DNA from: the human T2T-CHM13v2.0 reference genome, Homo sapiens
NCBI RefSeq assembly: GCF_009914755.1
Contig: NC_060927.1
DNA: 64,000 nucleotides
Direction: 5' to 3' (one strand)
Under the pieces are notes generated by a model. The model ran no database searches and was not told the DNA's origin. It worked only from the letters and a program-made list of their open reading frames with translations. Positions within the stretch are counted from its first letter, which is position 1. Each line of letters begins with the position of its first letter. Position numbers and translations under genes: made by a program. Below are positions 38,780 through 51,569 of the stretch, piece by piece.

Positions 38780-39970
38780 ATTTATCAAATATTTGATAAA
38801 TACTGAGTTAGGCACCAAGTAGTAATGATTATTAAAAACTGAATTTCCCAATTACATGGAGCTTGCAGTCTAGACTCTAGAGGGCAACAGAGGCACTGAT
38901 GAAGCAATGACACAAGTAGGTGGTAAAATCCTAAGAGAGATAAGTGCAACAAAGAACAAGTTTTTATTACTGCTAGAAACTGGAGAGCTTTGAATTTTTT
39001 AAACCCAAGTATAGTGTACATGTAGAAAAGTAACGAAATCGTAAATGTACAACTCAATAAATTTTCACAAACAGAACGTCACCAGCATCTCAGAAGCCTC
39101 CTTTGGCCACCCTTGTCATTACTCACCCTAAGGGTAACCAATATCTGGACTTCTAAAGCCATTAATTAGTTTTTCCATTTGTATATAAAATGAATCACAT
39201 AGCTTGTGTTTTTTTGTGTGTTGACTTTCTTTGCTCAACATTCCCTTTGTGAGACACATCCATATTTTTGTGTATAAGTTGTATAGGATTTCATTTATAT
39301 GCATATTTTATCACCGATGCTGTTAATGGGCAATGGGAGTAGTTTCTAATTTTTTAAATTTTTCTAATTTTAAAAACTCTGGTCAAACTATTCCAAAGCA
39401 GCTGTATCATTTTGCATTTTTACTGGCAATGCAAGAGCATTCCAGTTCCTCTACATGCTTACTAGCCCTTGGCACTTTCAGTCTTTTTTACTTTAACCGT
39501 TCTGTTGAGTATATAGCATCACATTGTAGATTTAATTGAATTTCTAAACAGGGAGGACAGGGAAGGCTTCCCTGAAGAGCTGACATTTGAAATGATGATA
39601 TGTAGTTAACAAGATGACAATGAGTACTCCAGGAAGAGGGAATGGCATTGTGTAAAGATGAGTGGCAAGAAGCAGCATGGTGGGAAAGAGCTGGTGAAGG
39701 GAGCTAGGGTGGCTGAAACAGGAGTGGACAGTTGGAGATGAGGACAGATATGTCAGGAGTGGCCTGATAGTGCAGAACCTCAGAGAACTAAGGAGCTTTA
39801 TATTCATACTCGGAGCAACAGAAGATCATCACCAGACCCTAAGCAAAGAAGATTGATCAGATTTGCCCAAATCACTTTAGCTGCTGCATGGATTACAAAT
39901 TGGAGGGACAAATGGGTAGAGGGAGGGAGATATGGGTATTGATAGGCAGCTACTCTAATAGCCCAGAACA
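38780..39970 (-). mobile_element. L2 fragments interrupted by an L1ME 3' fragment (~39000-39545)
   Basis: L2 motifs (ATGGAGCTTGCAGTCTAG; GGAAGGCTTCCCTGAAGAGCTGACATTTGA) on both sides of L1ME-like sequence (CTTTCTTTGCTCAACATT..TGTGAGA; TTGCATTTTTACTGGCAATG). Confidence 0.7.
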
Positions 39971-41504
39971 GCTTCAGTTCTTTCAGTAAGGAGTCCCCTT
40001 TCTGTGGCTACTTGGCCTGCCTGGGTCTCAAGTCCATAGTAGGCCTAATTTAAGAGCCTGATGTTACCATAACCTTGGGACCTTTTGTGACATGCAACCC
40101 TTGGGTACAGGATTATACTCCACAGTAATGTGAGAAAAGTATAGCCACAATCTTAACTTCAGTCTGCTTAATCAAGAAGCCTATTTAATAATTTCTGAGC
40201 ACTTGAGTAGGAGATTGATTGATTAATGCGGTTAAAATGATGGCTTCTTTGTCTTTTTTATTTACTGAGGTTAAGACGAATGTTGGCTTTGTCCTTTATT
40301 GATTAAATAAAGGCCTAGGACTAATAGCTCAGTATGTGTTTATGAGCACTCACAGGATACACCGACGCAGCTGAGGTTTGCTTCAACATAAGGGAAACAC
40401 AGGGGTTAGGACTACATCACAAAGGGAGTCTATCCTTCCTGTGTACCAATCAAAACTAGAATTTGCATTTTCAGTCTCTGGGTCACTATTATTAGGGACT
40501 TGGGATGCGTCCTGCCACTGTGATTAGCCAGGTGTGTGAAGTCTATAGATGTGGTATGTGGATGTTTGTATGTGAGACAGCTATGAAAGGACAGAGTGGA
40601 AGTTTCTTCTGTGAGGTTATCCAGTGAAACCTCAATAGATTAGAGCGGCTATCTAAACAGTTATTCAAATGACAACATAACAATCTGGAGAAATTAATTT
40701 AGGGTACATTAAAAAGTAATACATGCAGAAATATCTCTAGATGTGGGTGTTTGGGGAGGTGGGTAGAGGATTACGTGAGTGTGACTGTGTGTGTATGTGT
40801 TGATATCATAGTCTGAGTCTTACCATTAACTCTGTTATTGGACAATTCCCTGGCTCTCCATATGTTGTTTTCTACATCTGTGAAATGAAGAAACTGGGCT
40901 TAGATAATCCCTAGGGACTATCAAGCTCTACTCTCAGAGTCTTCCAGTATTAATCAGCCATAATAACATGCTCTCCAATGAGCCTTCCATCACAGCCTAA
41001 TCCCTGAGTCTCAAATTAGAAAATTAGGTTAATTAAAACACATAGAAACTCATAAGACTTTTGTAGATTTTTCTTTGCAGCCCTGAGAAACTTTAGATCT
41101 GTCTTTTCTAATTTTTGAAAGGATTGTTTGATTTAGTAGGTGCGGCCAAAATACAATTATTTGATTACCATTATTTATTGACTGTTAGTTAATAAAACTA
41201 TCAGAATACTTAGAAACTATTTCTGAGTGTGAATTGCCCTAACTTTGAGACCATGGAGATACAATTGTGTTGTGCTTTCTAATTCATATAAACTGACATG
41301 ATTAAAATTAATAAGATTTGAGAGTAATTATAGAGACTATCATGAACATTAAGCAACAAAATGTGCCTTTGAGATCAATTTCTATTTATCTTCTCTGCAG
41401 ATAAGAGACTTAGGATAAGTTTCTTTCCAATAAAGCAACCTAAAATAGTCTCTAAATATAAGAGGTAGTCCATTGGACTAGAAAGCCATTAGACAGTTTT
41501 TTCA

Positions 41505-41847
<343 letters not shown>

Positions 41848-41874
41848 GAAATTTAAAAAGAATAATTGGTTAGC

Positions 41875-41964
41875 AAATATGGCCATACCACCCTGAACAC
41901 TCTCAATCTCATCTGATCTCAGAAGTTAAGCAGGATTGGGCCTGGTTAGTACTTGGATGGGAGA
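41875..41964 (+). pseudogene. 5S rRNA retropseudogene, 3'-truncated at ~nt 90, tailless
   Basis: TATGGCCATACCACCCTGAAC..TCTC.TCTGATCTC.GAAG.TAAGCAGG..GGGCCTGGTTAGTACTTGGATGGGAGA matches 5S nt 4-90; 15-bp TSD AGAA(T/A)AATTGGTTAG. Confidence 0.95.
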
Positions 41965-42763
41965 AAAATTGGTTAGAGAAATCCATGTCTGCCAAGAAAA
42001 GTTGTAAGCATTCTTATGAATAAAGACTTGATATTCCTCCTTTGATGTCCTTCTGAAATACAGGAATTAGAACATTTTCATCTACATAGCACTTCCAAGA
42101 TGAACTTTAATTGTAATTTAATGTCATTCAGGTGATAGCAAATGCTTATGGAAGTTGTCAGCAAATTATTCTGTTAATAACTTTGATACCAACTGACTGT
42201 ATCTTGGAGCCCTTCTCCTTTTGACTTGTCTGCACATATTAAGTAATGTCTATATTGTGTCAAACTAAACTGTATAGACTTGTGCCAAGCCCTGGGGGAC
42301 CTACATTTCTGGGATTGCAATCTTGACCCAGATGATTCATTATCTCTCTTTGTATGTGCCCAGCTGTTTGATGATATATGGAACTAGCCAGGATGGTAGA
42401 AAGTTAAAGTAGAAACTATAAGTTACAGTAGTTATGTACACAGATAAACATAAGGCCAGGAAGGTATTACAAATGAACAAAGTGGCCTACCTAGGGAATA
42501 GGGACAATCTGGAGAGTATGTTCCATTTAGAGGGACCAGCTGCCAGGAGGGACATGGGCCCACTGTAGCCTGGTATCCTGGGTTTCCCAAAGTTCTTAGA
42601 GTATTTGCTCAATTTTTAAATGTGGGTAACTAAATTCAAACTGCAAGTAAACACTTTGTGAAACAAAGAATATTTGTCTATGGCCCATATAAATCCCATT
42701 AAGTGTCAGTTTGCAAAACGCATTATAAGGATAAGAAATCTGTAGGAGCTATATGTCAAATTA

Positions 42764-42847
42764 TGTTAAATTGAATCATATAACATTGCTATTTTTATGG
42801 CTTAAAAAATGCTCAAATATCAATAATTCCTCTGATTCAACCTGATA
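42764..42847. mobile_element. MADE2 (mariner-derived palindromic MITE)
   Basis: TT...TTGAATCATAT.A.ATTGC.ATTTTT...AAAAATG.TC.AATATC..AATT.C..TGATTCAACCT.ATA, ~80 bp with imperfect terminal inverted repeats. Confidence 0.75.
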
Positions 42848-43114
42848 GTCTGCAATCCCAAATTAATGAGACTGGTAGTCTGCATTGCCAGAACCAGTGT
42901 ACAAATTAGATGAAATGGAATAGTACAAAGTGATTTTTAAGTTTTCATGAGTGCTCTTGCTCCCCCCACCTTGAGAAATTTGATAAAAGCCGTGGGCCTT
43001 CTTAGATACCTGCACTTTTGCATAAAGTTGTGGCATATGAGGAAAGGGGCTGAGAAAACCTAGAAGTCCAGGGCTTCGAGTTGACCCATGTGTAAGGAGA
43101 TCCAATTACAGCAG

Positions 43115-43563
43115 TGTATTAGTCTGCTAGGGTTACTCTAGTAAAATATTACAGGCCTAGGTGGCTTAAACAATAGAAATTTATTTTCTCACAATTTTTC
43201 TTAAAGTCTTCTATAAGTGGGCTCATTTTCTCACAATTTTGGGGGCTACAAGCCCAAGATCAAGGTGTTGGTGGGTGTCGTGTCCTCTGAAGCCCCTCTC
43301 TTTGGCTTGTAGGTGGCTCCCTTCTTGCCATGTGCTCACGTGGTCTTTTTTCCTGTGCACGCACATCCCTGGTGCCTCTTTGGGCATCCAAATTTCCTAT
43401 TCTTATAAGGACATCAGTCAGATTGGATTAGGGTCTACTCATATGATCTCATTTAACATTAATTACCTCTTTGAAGGCCCAATCTCCAAATCACATTCTG
43501 AGTACTTAGGGGTTAGGGCTTTAACATATAAATTTTGGATAGAACACAATTTAGCCCATGACA
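43115..43563 (-). mobile_element. MaLR solo LTR (MLT1B/C-like) containing a small internal insertion
   Basis: TGTATTAGTCTGCTAGGG...TCTTATAAGGACATCAGTCAGATTGGATTAGGG...CACAATTTAGCCCATGACA. Confidence 0.9.
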
Positions 43564-43565
43564 AT

Positions 43566-43956
43566 CCATGTCCTGGTAAATTTTTACGTGTATCTCTATG
43601 GAGAGAAAAAAATACTATTTGTAGCATTTGCCCAATTTTTGTGGTATAAATACTCCCACCTTATCTAATTTCAGGTTACCCCAACATGACATCATTAACC
43701 ATGGATTTGGGAAGATAGCTGAAATATGTAGCAATTCTGTAACACAATAAACAAAAATAGTCTCAAGGGCATAGATCGTAGTAAGATGATTAGGAAGCGA
43801 TGAGTTTTAGTTTTCATTTTTCTTATTCGTATCATTTGTTGTAAGTTTATAGAATTTAATTTTTAATAGCTGTCTTTAAAAGCCAGCTAGCAAAACTCTT
43901 GAAAATTTAACAATGGGCTCTCAAGAGCTGTACAAGCCAGTCCTAGCCTATCACTG
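43566..43956 (-). mobile_element. MER63-like (hAT-Blackjack) DNA element
   Basis: GGTATAAATACTCCCACC...GCAAAACTCTTGAAAATTTAACAATGGGCTCTCAAGAGC...CACTG terminus. Confidence 0.75.
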
Positions 43957-44144
43957 AGTTATGTAGCCCTTAAGTAGAATTCTGCCATTAGGCATGGAAA
44001 AGAATAACTTACTCAGAAACTATAAAGAGACAATATATTGGCTGTAATAAGTGACAGGATATGGGAGAAAATAAACAGGAAGAATCCAAAATTAATAAGG
44101 ATGGAGAGTTTGGAAGGGGGAGCGAGTTTTGATGGGGCAGCAAA

Positions 44145-44285
44145 TTAGGCATAGTAGGAAGAGTGAGTCCTGGGGTCAGGTGACCTGAATTCCTATCCTG
44201 GTTGTACCCAAGCAGGCTGGGCAATATGGGCAAGACATGGCCTCTCTGAGCCCCAGTTTCCTTCTCTCTAAAATACATCTTCCCC
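44145..44285 (+). mobile_element. MIR fragment
   Basis: GGGGTCAGGTGACCTGAATTC...GGGCAAG...CTCTCTGAGCCCCAGTTTCCT. Confidence 0.7.
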
Positions 44286-44991
44286 CCCATATGATTTATT
44301 GGGAGACATTCATTTCTGAAATTCTGGGATCCTATCACTTAATGTCCTACATAATTGCCAAGCCCTCTTCACTTTTCTGTCTGTATAAGCCAGTTTGTGG
44401 GGGAAACAGCCATAATTGAGGTGAGTATCTATCCCTCACATATGACAGTCACTGCAGAAGGTACACTTTATGGAAAGGAAAAAAAAACCCACAATTCTGT
44501 TGACACTAATATATAGTTAGCAAGACCATAAAAGAGATTTCTATCAAAATGCTTTTTTTTCCCCTTATGATCCTCAGTGGCAATTATAAGTAACCTATTT
44601 CAATGTGCATCTGGCTTAGAAGAAAGGTGTGTGAACTATATCAGAGACTCAGGCGGCCCCAGAGGAGTTCTGCTTTCACTTCAGTAGTAAGGCTCAGTGA
44701 ATGCTTTGTGACTTGACTACATCATGGCAGGGTGCCTGGTTGCTGTGCTCTTGAACAGGTCATTTAAAAAGAAAAACGAGGGTTGTGCACACTTAAGACC
44801 TTCTCTGAAATAAACAGGCCTTCATTGGCTCATGGATTTCTTTTCAAACCCTTCTGTAAATATGCCTTCCTAACCATTTCAGAACTATCTTGAAATGGTT
44901 CTAGTCAACACATTGTTATCGGAGACATAAGTAATCAGCTCATAACATGTTGGTCACCCCCACCTACTTCACTTTGTGTTAGGATTCTTGC

Positions 44992-45172
44992 CCTGGTGCT
45001 TTTCAAGGAGTGTTCCCTAGACCAGCAATGTCTCCTGGAAACTCATTAGAATGCAATTCTCAGGCCCTACCTCAGAACTACTGAAGGATAATCTTTGTAA
45101 ATGAGGCCCTGTCATTTGTCTTAACAAGTCCTCCAGGTGATTCTGATGCAGGTGGTCTGACCAGAAGCTCTG
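44992..45172. mobile_element. MER5A
   Basis: AGACCAGCA..TCCTGGAAACTCATTAGAATGCAATTCTCAGGCCCTACC...TTAACAAGTCCTCCAGGTGATTCTGATGCA. Confidence 0.82.
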
Positions 45173-45225
45173 CCATAGAAAACAGGCAGGAGTCAGGCTT
45201 TCTCTCATTCTTGCATCTCTTTATG

Positions 45226-45331
45226 CCGGTGGTTCCCAAAGTGAAGTCCCTGGACCAGCAGTATCAGTGTCACCTGGGAACTTGCCAGCAATCTAAATTC
45301 CTGGGACTCCACTGGAGGTGGGGTTCAGCAA
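45226..45331. mobile_element. MER5A partial, second adjacent copy
   Basis: GTGGTTCCCAAAGTG..GTCCCTGGACCAGCAG.ATCAG..TCACCTGGGAACTTG. Confidence 0.78.
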
Positions 45332-45595
45332 GAGGCAGAGTCGTTGCCAATATGTAGTTTCAAATAATGGACTTGGGTACTTCCATTTGGGACTAGGGAG
45401 AGAAGCATGTTAGTCTGATAAAAACAGTTATAGGTACAGAGTGGATTTTAGAAGAGGGAGAAGGAATCATGGGAAAGGGTGTTTCTGTGGTTTCAAGTGT
45501 GTGAGGATAAAGGGTGTTTGTGGGAGAGGAAACCTGGTTTACCGGGAGAGCCATGTACAGAGAAGTAAAAGGTATTGGCTGTCCCACCTCTTCCT

Positions 45596-45757
45596 GTGCT
45601 TAAGGGAACTTTCAAGGTCCTATAACTTTGAGGAAGTCTTGTAACTTTCTGGAAAAGCTATGGAGAATATCCTGTGGTTGTCTGGAAAAGCCCTGCTGGA
45701 GAGTTGGCTTTTACTTGTCCCGTTCTGGGGCTCTCGTGAATTTACCAAATGTGCCTG
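45596..45757 (+). repeat. Diverged local direct repeat, copy 1 (copy 2 at 47499-47649)
   Basis: Shared blocks TTTGAGGAA.TCTTG, CTGGAAAAGCT.TGGAGAATA, GCCCTGCTG, TGGCTTTTACTTGT, GCTCTC and ATTTACCAAATGTGCCTG. Confidence 0.85.
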
Positions 45758-47498
45758 ACCATGTTAACCTCCAACTCCACCCCACCCCTACTCTTTTTCT
45801 CTTCCAGCTCTTGCCTGCCTGTTTGCCGCTGGCAAAGGGAGCCCAGGCGTGTTCTCAACTCTGTGCTAGGGATGGGAGTATTCCTTTCCAAAGTAAAGCA
45901 CGAGAGGAGCTTACCCTTAGACAGGCTTCCTGGCAAAATCCTGGCTGCCATATACAGTTGTCTGTCTTCAACTTCACTTCAGGACCATTTTTAATCAGAT
46001 GGCATTGGTTTGGGTACTGACAAGTTCTGCATTTTAGAGAGGGCATTTTCCAAAGTGGGAAACTGTCTTGGAAAAGACTTCACGCTCAAACTGAGACTAA
46101 ACCATGATTCTTTTGTCACCCAGGACTTTTGCTGCTAACATCCTTCTAACTCGTAAAATCATAGGTCAGTCGTGAGAAACCTAAGAGTCAAATGACTGGT
46201 AAGTTTCCTCTTCTTAGAAAGCAGGAGGCTCTACCATAAAAGACAAACTCCAAGGATAAATAAATTAAGTGAATTGGTCTTGAACTTGGCTCTACTCTGC
46301 TTTGCATAACTGCTTCAAAACTGGTGACCTGGGAATAAATTCCAAGTGGAAAGTATTTCCCAGTTTCATTTATGAATAAATGGTCCACAGGAGCCTTTTC
46401 CTAGGTCTTCACTGATGAGCCTTCTTAGCTTTTTCAAATGTGCGGTCAGTGGGGAGTTGCCTTTTCTCCACGTGATTCTGACCTATTTCTCACCCACTTC
46501 ATTGACACCCTGAAGCACCATTTAGCACTCCAGGATACCTTGTGTATTAAAGGTAATCCTTTGAGAGGTGTGAGTCCATAAAGTAGTGAATAAGTCACGT
46601 GTGGCACAGCAGTGCTGCTTTTCATTTTAGGAATGGGCAATGAGGGTCACACTACTATTTCATCCAAATGGGAAAAGGAAATTAACATGGGACAGAGTAG
46701 AAGTCAGAAATCCTTTAGTTGCATTTAGCTTTCATAGAACACTGGGCCCAAGAAATCATATCAGAGTGAAAATATCTGCCTGATGATGTATGAGACAGGG
46801 CCACTGAATTTGGGGACATATGGAATATGGTGTCAGGCAAGACAAATCACATCCTTCAGTTATAGTGCCGTTGGAAAGCCCTTTATTCCTCTGAGAGACA
46901 GATATCTCATGCCATCAAATTGAGCTTTCAGTGCTAGAATGGAGTCATGCAGGGTGATCAAGTAGATTGTATTGCTAGTCAATATCTTTTCTATTATTAT
47001 GTTACTGGAAAATAATAATTATATTCTGCCTGAGCCTGTGCAAGATTGAGAAAGACAGGGGAGAGGAAGAATATTATATTGTTCAACTTGTGTTTTATAT
47101 TCTGCCCTTACACATGTTAAAGCCAGCAGCGCTAGCTGAAAATTACATATATTTTTTAAATCATCACTCTACAGTAATTTCTTCTGCCTTTTAAAAATGA
47201 CTATTAAGCTAGGTTGGAAATGTAAATCTGGAAATTATAAACAAAGTAAGAGTATTGTACATATCAGTATTTAATTCCATATTCTTTCATAGATTTGGTT
47301 TTGGTTTAAAACTGTATTATCTTTTAATAATGGTGATGTCAAAGATGTTTAAAAATATTTTGAATGAGGAAAACATTTTTGAGGTTTAATTTAGTTAAAA
47401 GTTTATAATTTGTATTATGTTATCTCATGCTTCTTCCTGGCAATTCTTTAAATTAATAAGTTGGGGTCTAGAAAAGTTCAGCTTTTTGTAGAGCAGGA

Positions 47499-47649
47499 GT
47501 GCCTAAAAGAATACTCAGTTTTGTCATACAATTTTGAGGAAATCTTGCATCTTCCTGGAAAAGCTGTGGAGAATACTGGGCCCTGCTGAAGATCTGGCTT
47601 TTACTTGTGTCATGTTCGGGTGCTCTCTTGCATTTACCAAATGTGCCTG
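47499..47649 (+). repeat. Diverged local direct repeat, copy 2
   Basis: Colinear blocks shared with 45596-45757. Confidence 0.85.
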
Positions 47650-47876
47650 TCTGGTTTCTATAACACTAAATGTAAGTTCAAGAGCAAGGACCTCTTTTCT
47701 AGTTTGTCCTCAGCTCATTTTAGATACAAAACAAAATCAAAAATTTATTTTCCCTTTCAACAGGGGCAGGCAGCAGAGTCAGTCTCTGAATATTCTCATC
47801 CCCAGGTATTTACTCTGGAGGCTGCTGCTCCTTCACCTTCTACTATAGGAATGTAACCCTTTGCTTTCATGGGCCA

Positions 47877-48131
47877 CAGTAGGGTTTCTTAATTTAGCAT
47901 TACTGACATTTGGGGCATGATATGTTTTGTTGCGAAGGGTTGTCCCGTGCATTGTAGGATGTTGAGCAGCATCCCCGGCCTCAACTCACTAGGTGCCACT
48001 AGCACCACCCTCGCCAAGTTGTGACAACCAAATAAAAATATGTGCCCATATATTTTAGCAATGTATCCTTGGGACAAAAGTGCTTCCCCTTCCAAACCCC
48101 TCTCCCCATACACCCATATTGAGAACCACTG
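47877..48131. mobile_element. MER20 (hAT-Charlie)
   Basis: ACTGACATTTGGGGC...GTCCCGTGCATTGTAGGATGTTGAGCAGCATCCCCGGCCTC...GTTGTGACAACCAAA...TTGAGAACCACTG. Confidence 0.88.
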
Positions 48132-49439
48132 GACTAGCTCAGTGTTATTTAACACACCTAGCCACGCTTTCTGTTCTCATACCATAAAACTGTTAAGAAA
48201 CAGAAACATAGAGCAGGTCCCAAACTAGTTTAGTTGCCCTCTTCCTGGCCGGTAAGCTTTTCCTACAAATTCCCAAGGAAAGAGAACTGATCATTTTAGT
48301 GAAAATATTATGAGGCCTCCCCCTTAGAATGTGGACACATTTTGCTGATGTCTGGAGTAGAGAATTGCAGAGGTGGGTGGGTGGTGGGTAGGAAGAACAT
48401 AACGTGACAAAGACAATGCCTTGAAAACTAAGTAGATTCATTTATGCCCACTAACTCTGTTGACCCACTTCCTCTTACCTGATGAACTCTTTCTCTCATC
48501 CCCCCTCTCTATCTAGCAAGCACTTGGGGTAGTGACCCAGGGAAGGGAACTGTCTATGGAGTTGCATGTTTCTATTAGCCAAACTTGAGAATGTCAGCTA
48601 TTTTGTGTTACTACCATATGAAGTGAAAACTAAAAAGGGCAGTTGCAAATAATTCCATATCTTCATATACTTATCCCAACCAGTTACTCCAGTTTTAGGG
48701 ATTAATATTAGTACTTAAACTAAAAAGAAACAAAAAACTCTAAACCTGACCTGAATAGAATCCACATCAGGAAAAATACATTAAGAAAGTTCATAAATTT
48801 GACTTTTCTTAACACTATTGTTAGAGTTGATAATTTATTATTCCTCAGAGAGTTTGCCTTTATTAAAGCCAGGAGAAGGAATTTTTTTTCTAGATCCACA
48901 CCCATCTGCTAAGCCTGTAATCAAGACATAACATATCCATTGAGCTAAAATTATTTTTCTCCCTAAAAAACTATTAATAGGTCCATAATTCATAAATTTA
49001 CTAATTGTTTCCCTCTGCTACTATAGTGGCCAGTGTTGGTGACAATAGCCATCATTAAAATTGGATTATAAAAGACATCCGCAATCAGTGAGCTGTCTTA
49101 TTTATCTTAATTAAGTCACGGGCTGCATAATGGAACCTGCCTTTCCCCACCTTCCCCTTACCTAAGACAAGAATGGTAAAACAAAGGCAGTAAAAGCTAA
49201 TGGCCCTATGGGCTATGAAAATTAGCAGCAGCACTTTTTTCTCCAAAGCCAGTTTCAGTCATTAGTTGAAGTGCTACATAAATGCTAAGTATCCCTTGTT
49301 GGTTTATAAAGTTAATTCCACCCCAGAATGAGACTGTCTTATTCACTGATTACGTGGATCTGAAGTGAAGCAGAGATGAGAACTTCAGGCACTACTGCAT
49401 ATTCAAAAGCAGTGTTCACTATAAACAACACTGATATTC

Positions 49440-49820
49440 CATTATTCTCCTATCAGATTGGCTGAGGGTGAAAAGCTTCAAAATACATAGCACTGGTCAG
49501 GCTGTGTGAGACACAGTCACTTTTATATACTGTTGGTGAAAGTATAAAATTGATGGAACATAGATGGAAGGGAGGGTATTTCAGCAGGGGGCAGGGAGGG
49601 TAATATGCTGGAATTGCAACTGAACCCACCCTTTGTTCTAGTAACTTGCCTTCTAAGAATTTATTCTGCAAATGTATTTATAAAAGTTCACTAAGGCATA
49701 AGGACTAGATTGTGTTGTGGTAGCAATGTTTATAAAAAAATAGTTCAATTGTCATTTCGTGGGACAATACATTACCTCATGCAATGAACATAGTATTTTG
49801 CAACCCATAAGCAGTACTCA
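49440..49820 (+). mobile_element. Old L1ME fragment
   Basis: CCTATCAGATTGGC...CACTTTTATATACTGTTGGTGAAAGTATAAAATTG...CTTCTAAGAATTTATTCT. Confidence 0.6.
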
Positions 49821-50179
49821 GTGAAACCCATTACAGTCAAATTGAAATGTCCCTCATCACACATCAACTTAAGTCATTCCTTCTACTCAATTTCTAAAAT
49901 AATCATCAAATATCTTCTAGTTGCCAGTTATTCATCTAGGCTTTTGATCTGGTTAAATTTTTACTTTTTGTTTTTAAAATGGAGAGACAATATGATGTAG
50001 ATCATATTAATGATTCTATTTCCTTTATTCAGTTAATATTTATTAAGTGGGTATTATTATGAAGGTCTAGAGCTTTCAAAAGAAACAAGGGAGTCCTGGC
50101 CCACCAGAAACTTACAAGCAAGTGGAGCAAAGACAATTAAAGTAGGGGTCACTCATCTATTGTTAAAGATAGCTATATT

Positions 50180-50678
50180 AGTCAAGGTCTCAGAATAAAT
50201 TATTTCTCATAGAAATTAGACGTTCCCAGTCATGGGAGAAGCTGGGAAGTTAAATGTCTGAAATGTGGGAGAGATGGTGAATCAGAAGTTATTAACCAGA
50301 AAATCTGAGAAACAAGCACCTCCAGTCCCTGAAACGGGACTGCACAGGGAAGTGTGTGGGAAAGCTAAGAGAAGCTGTGTCTCTATGTGGCTGCTGCTTT
50401 TCAGGTCCACTGCCAAGCATCTGCCAAGAGACATGCCGATTATGTTGACAATCAGGTCAACAGTCAAGAAGAGCTCCCCCTGGAGGACCGCAAGGTCAAG
50501 CCAGAACCACATCCAAACATGAAGATTTCAGAGAGTAGTGGCTGCAGCTTTATCTCTGCCTTCCAGTTCCCAGGCAAATTGCTCTGTTGACTAACTACAG
50601 CTTGGAACCACACAGGGAAGAGGATTCTTGGAAACAAATTTCAGCCTAGGCAAGCTGGCACAGTAGAAAATACCGCAA
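50180..50678 (-). mobile_element. Old ERVL-type LTR (LTR41-like), tentative
   Basis: GGAACCACACAGGGAAGAGGATTCTTGGAAA...CAGCCTAGGCAAGCTGGCACA resembles ERVL LTR termini as recalled. Confidence 0.4.
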
Positions 50679-50970
50679 TAAATATTTGTTAGCTTAAATC
50701 TCCTAGCTTACATTACCGACAAACGTATATTCAAGAACGTACATGGGTGTTGTTCTCCCAGACCTTTTCTCCTCATGAATAGTTGAAAGTAGATGCTTTA
50801 AATGTTGGTAAAATGTATGTCTCTACTAAAATCAGGTGACTGATTTTAGAAATCCTTGTTTTTCTTAAGCCGTAGGATCTAGTCACTCTTGGCTGAGCTT
50901 GTGTTGCTCTGAGGGTGTTTTTGAGCCTCTGCTCCTGCGCTCACAATGGGAGTCAAGAACAGCTGTTTGG

Positions 50971-51177
<207 letters not shown>

Positions 51178-51569
51178 AAGAATAGCTGCCTGGATATATT
51201 TCAGATCTCTCAGTTGTGTGTCGAGAGGACCAGAGCATTGTGACTTAAAGGATGTTTCTCCATTTAGCTTAAAAATGCAATGTCTTTCTCATAGTAGGTG
51301 CAAATAAAGGCTTGAACGAGTGGATAGATGGAAAAGTGTATAGACAGTGATTTCTCTAGGCAGAAGAAGATGGCTGCATATTTAATAGCTCAGTGTTACA
51401 AAAGTAGATGTGCAAAGAGTAAACCTTCAACAAAACTGGTTTTTATGGCTCAACAAAGCTATTTTAGGTCAATTCCAACACAAACATCTGCCATCTTCTA
51501 TGCCAGATACAAAAAGCTCTTCCCTCCTTTCCTCCTTGTGACACTCTTTGACTTAGCCAAACATCAGTA

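Noticed and set aside
41875-41964. Functional 5S rRNA gene
   Set aside because: Truncated at nt 90, no terminator, CpG-decayed, has a TSD and is not in a tandem array
43239-43649. 136-aa ORF
   Set aside because: Lies within the MLT1 LTR and MER63-like sequence and has a non-ATG start
44174-44188. Possible oestrogen response element GGTCA-gg-TGACC
   Set aside because: Spacer is 2 nt rather than 3, and it lies in a MIR
44380-44426. Perfect donor GAG|GTGAGT at 44420/44421
   Set aside because: Only a ~30-nt exon with a weak acceptor could precede it; isolated consensus donors are common
45628-46020. 130-aa ORF with a paralogous-looking N-terminus at 47534
   Set aside because: TTG starts; the similarity reflects the DNA duplication and is lost after an indel; no coding evidence
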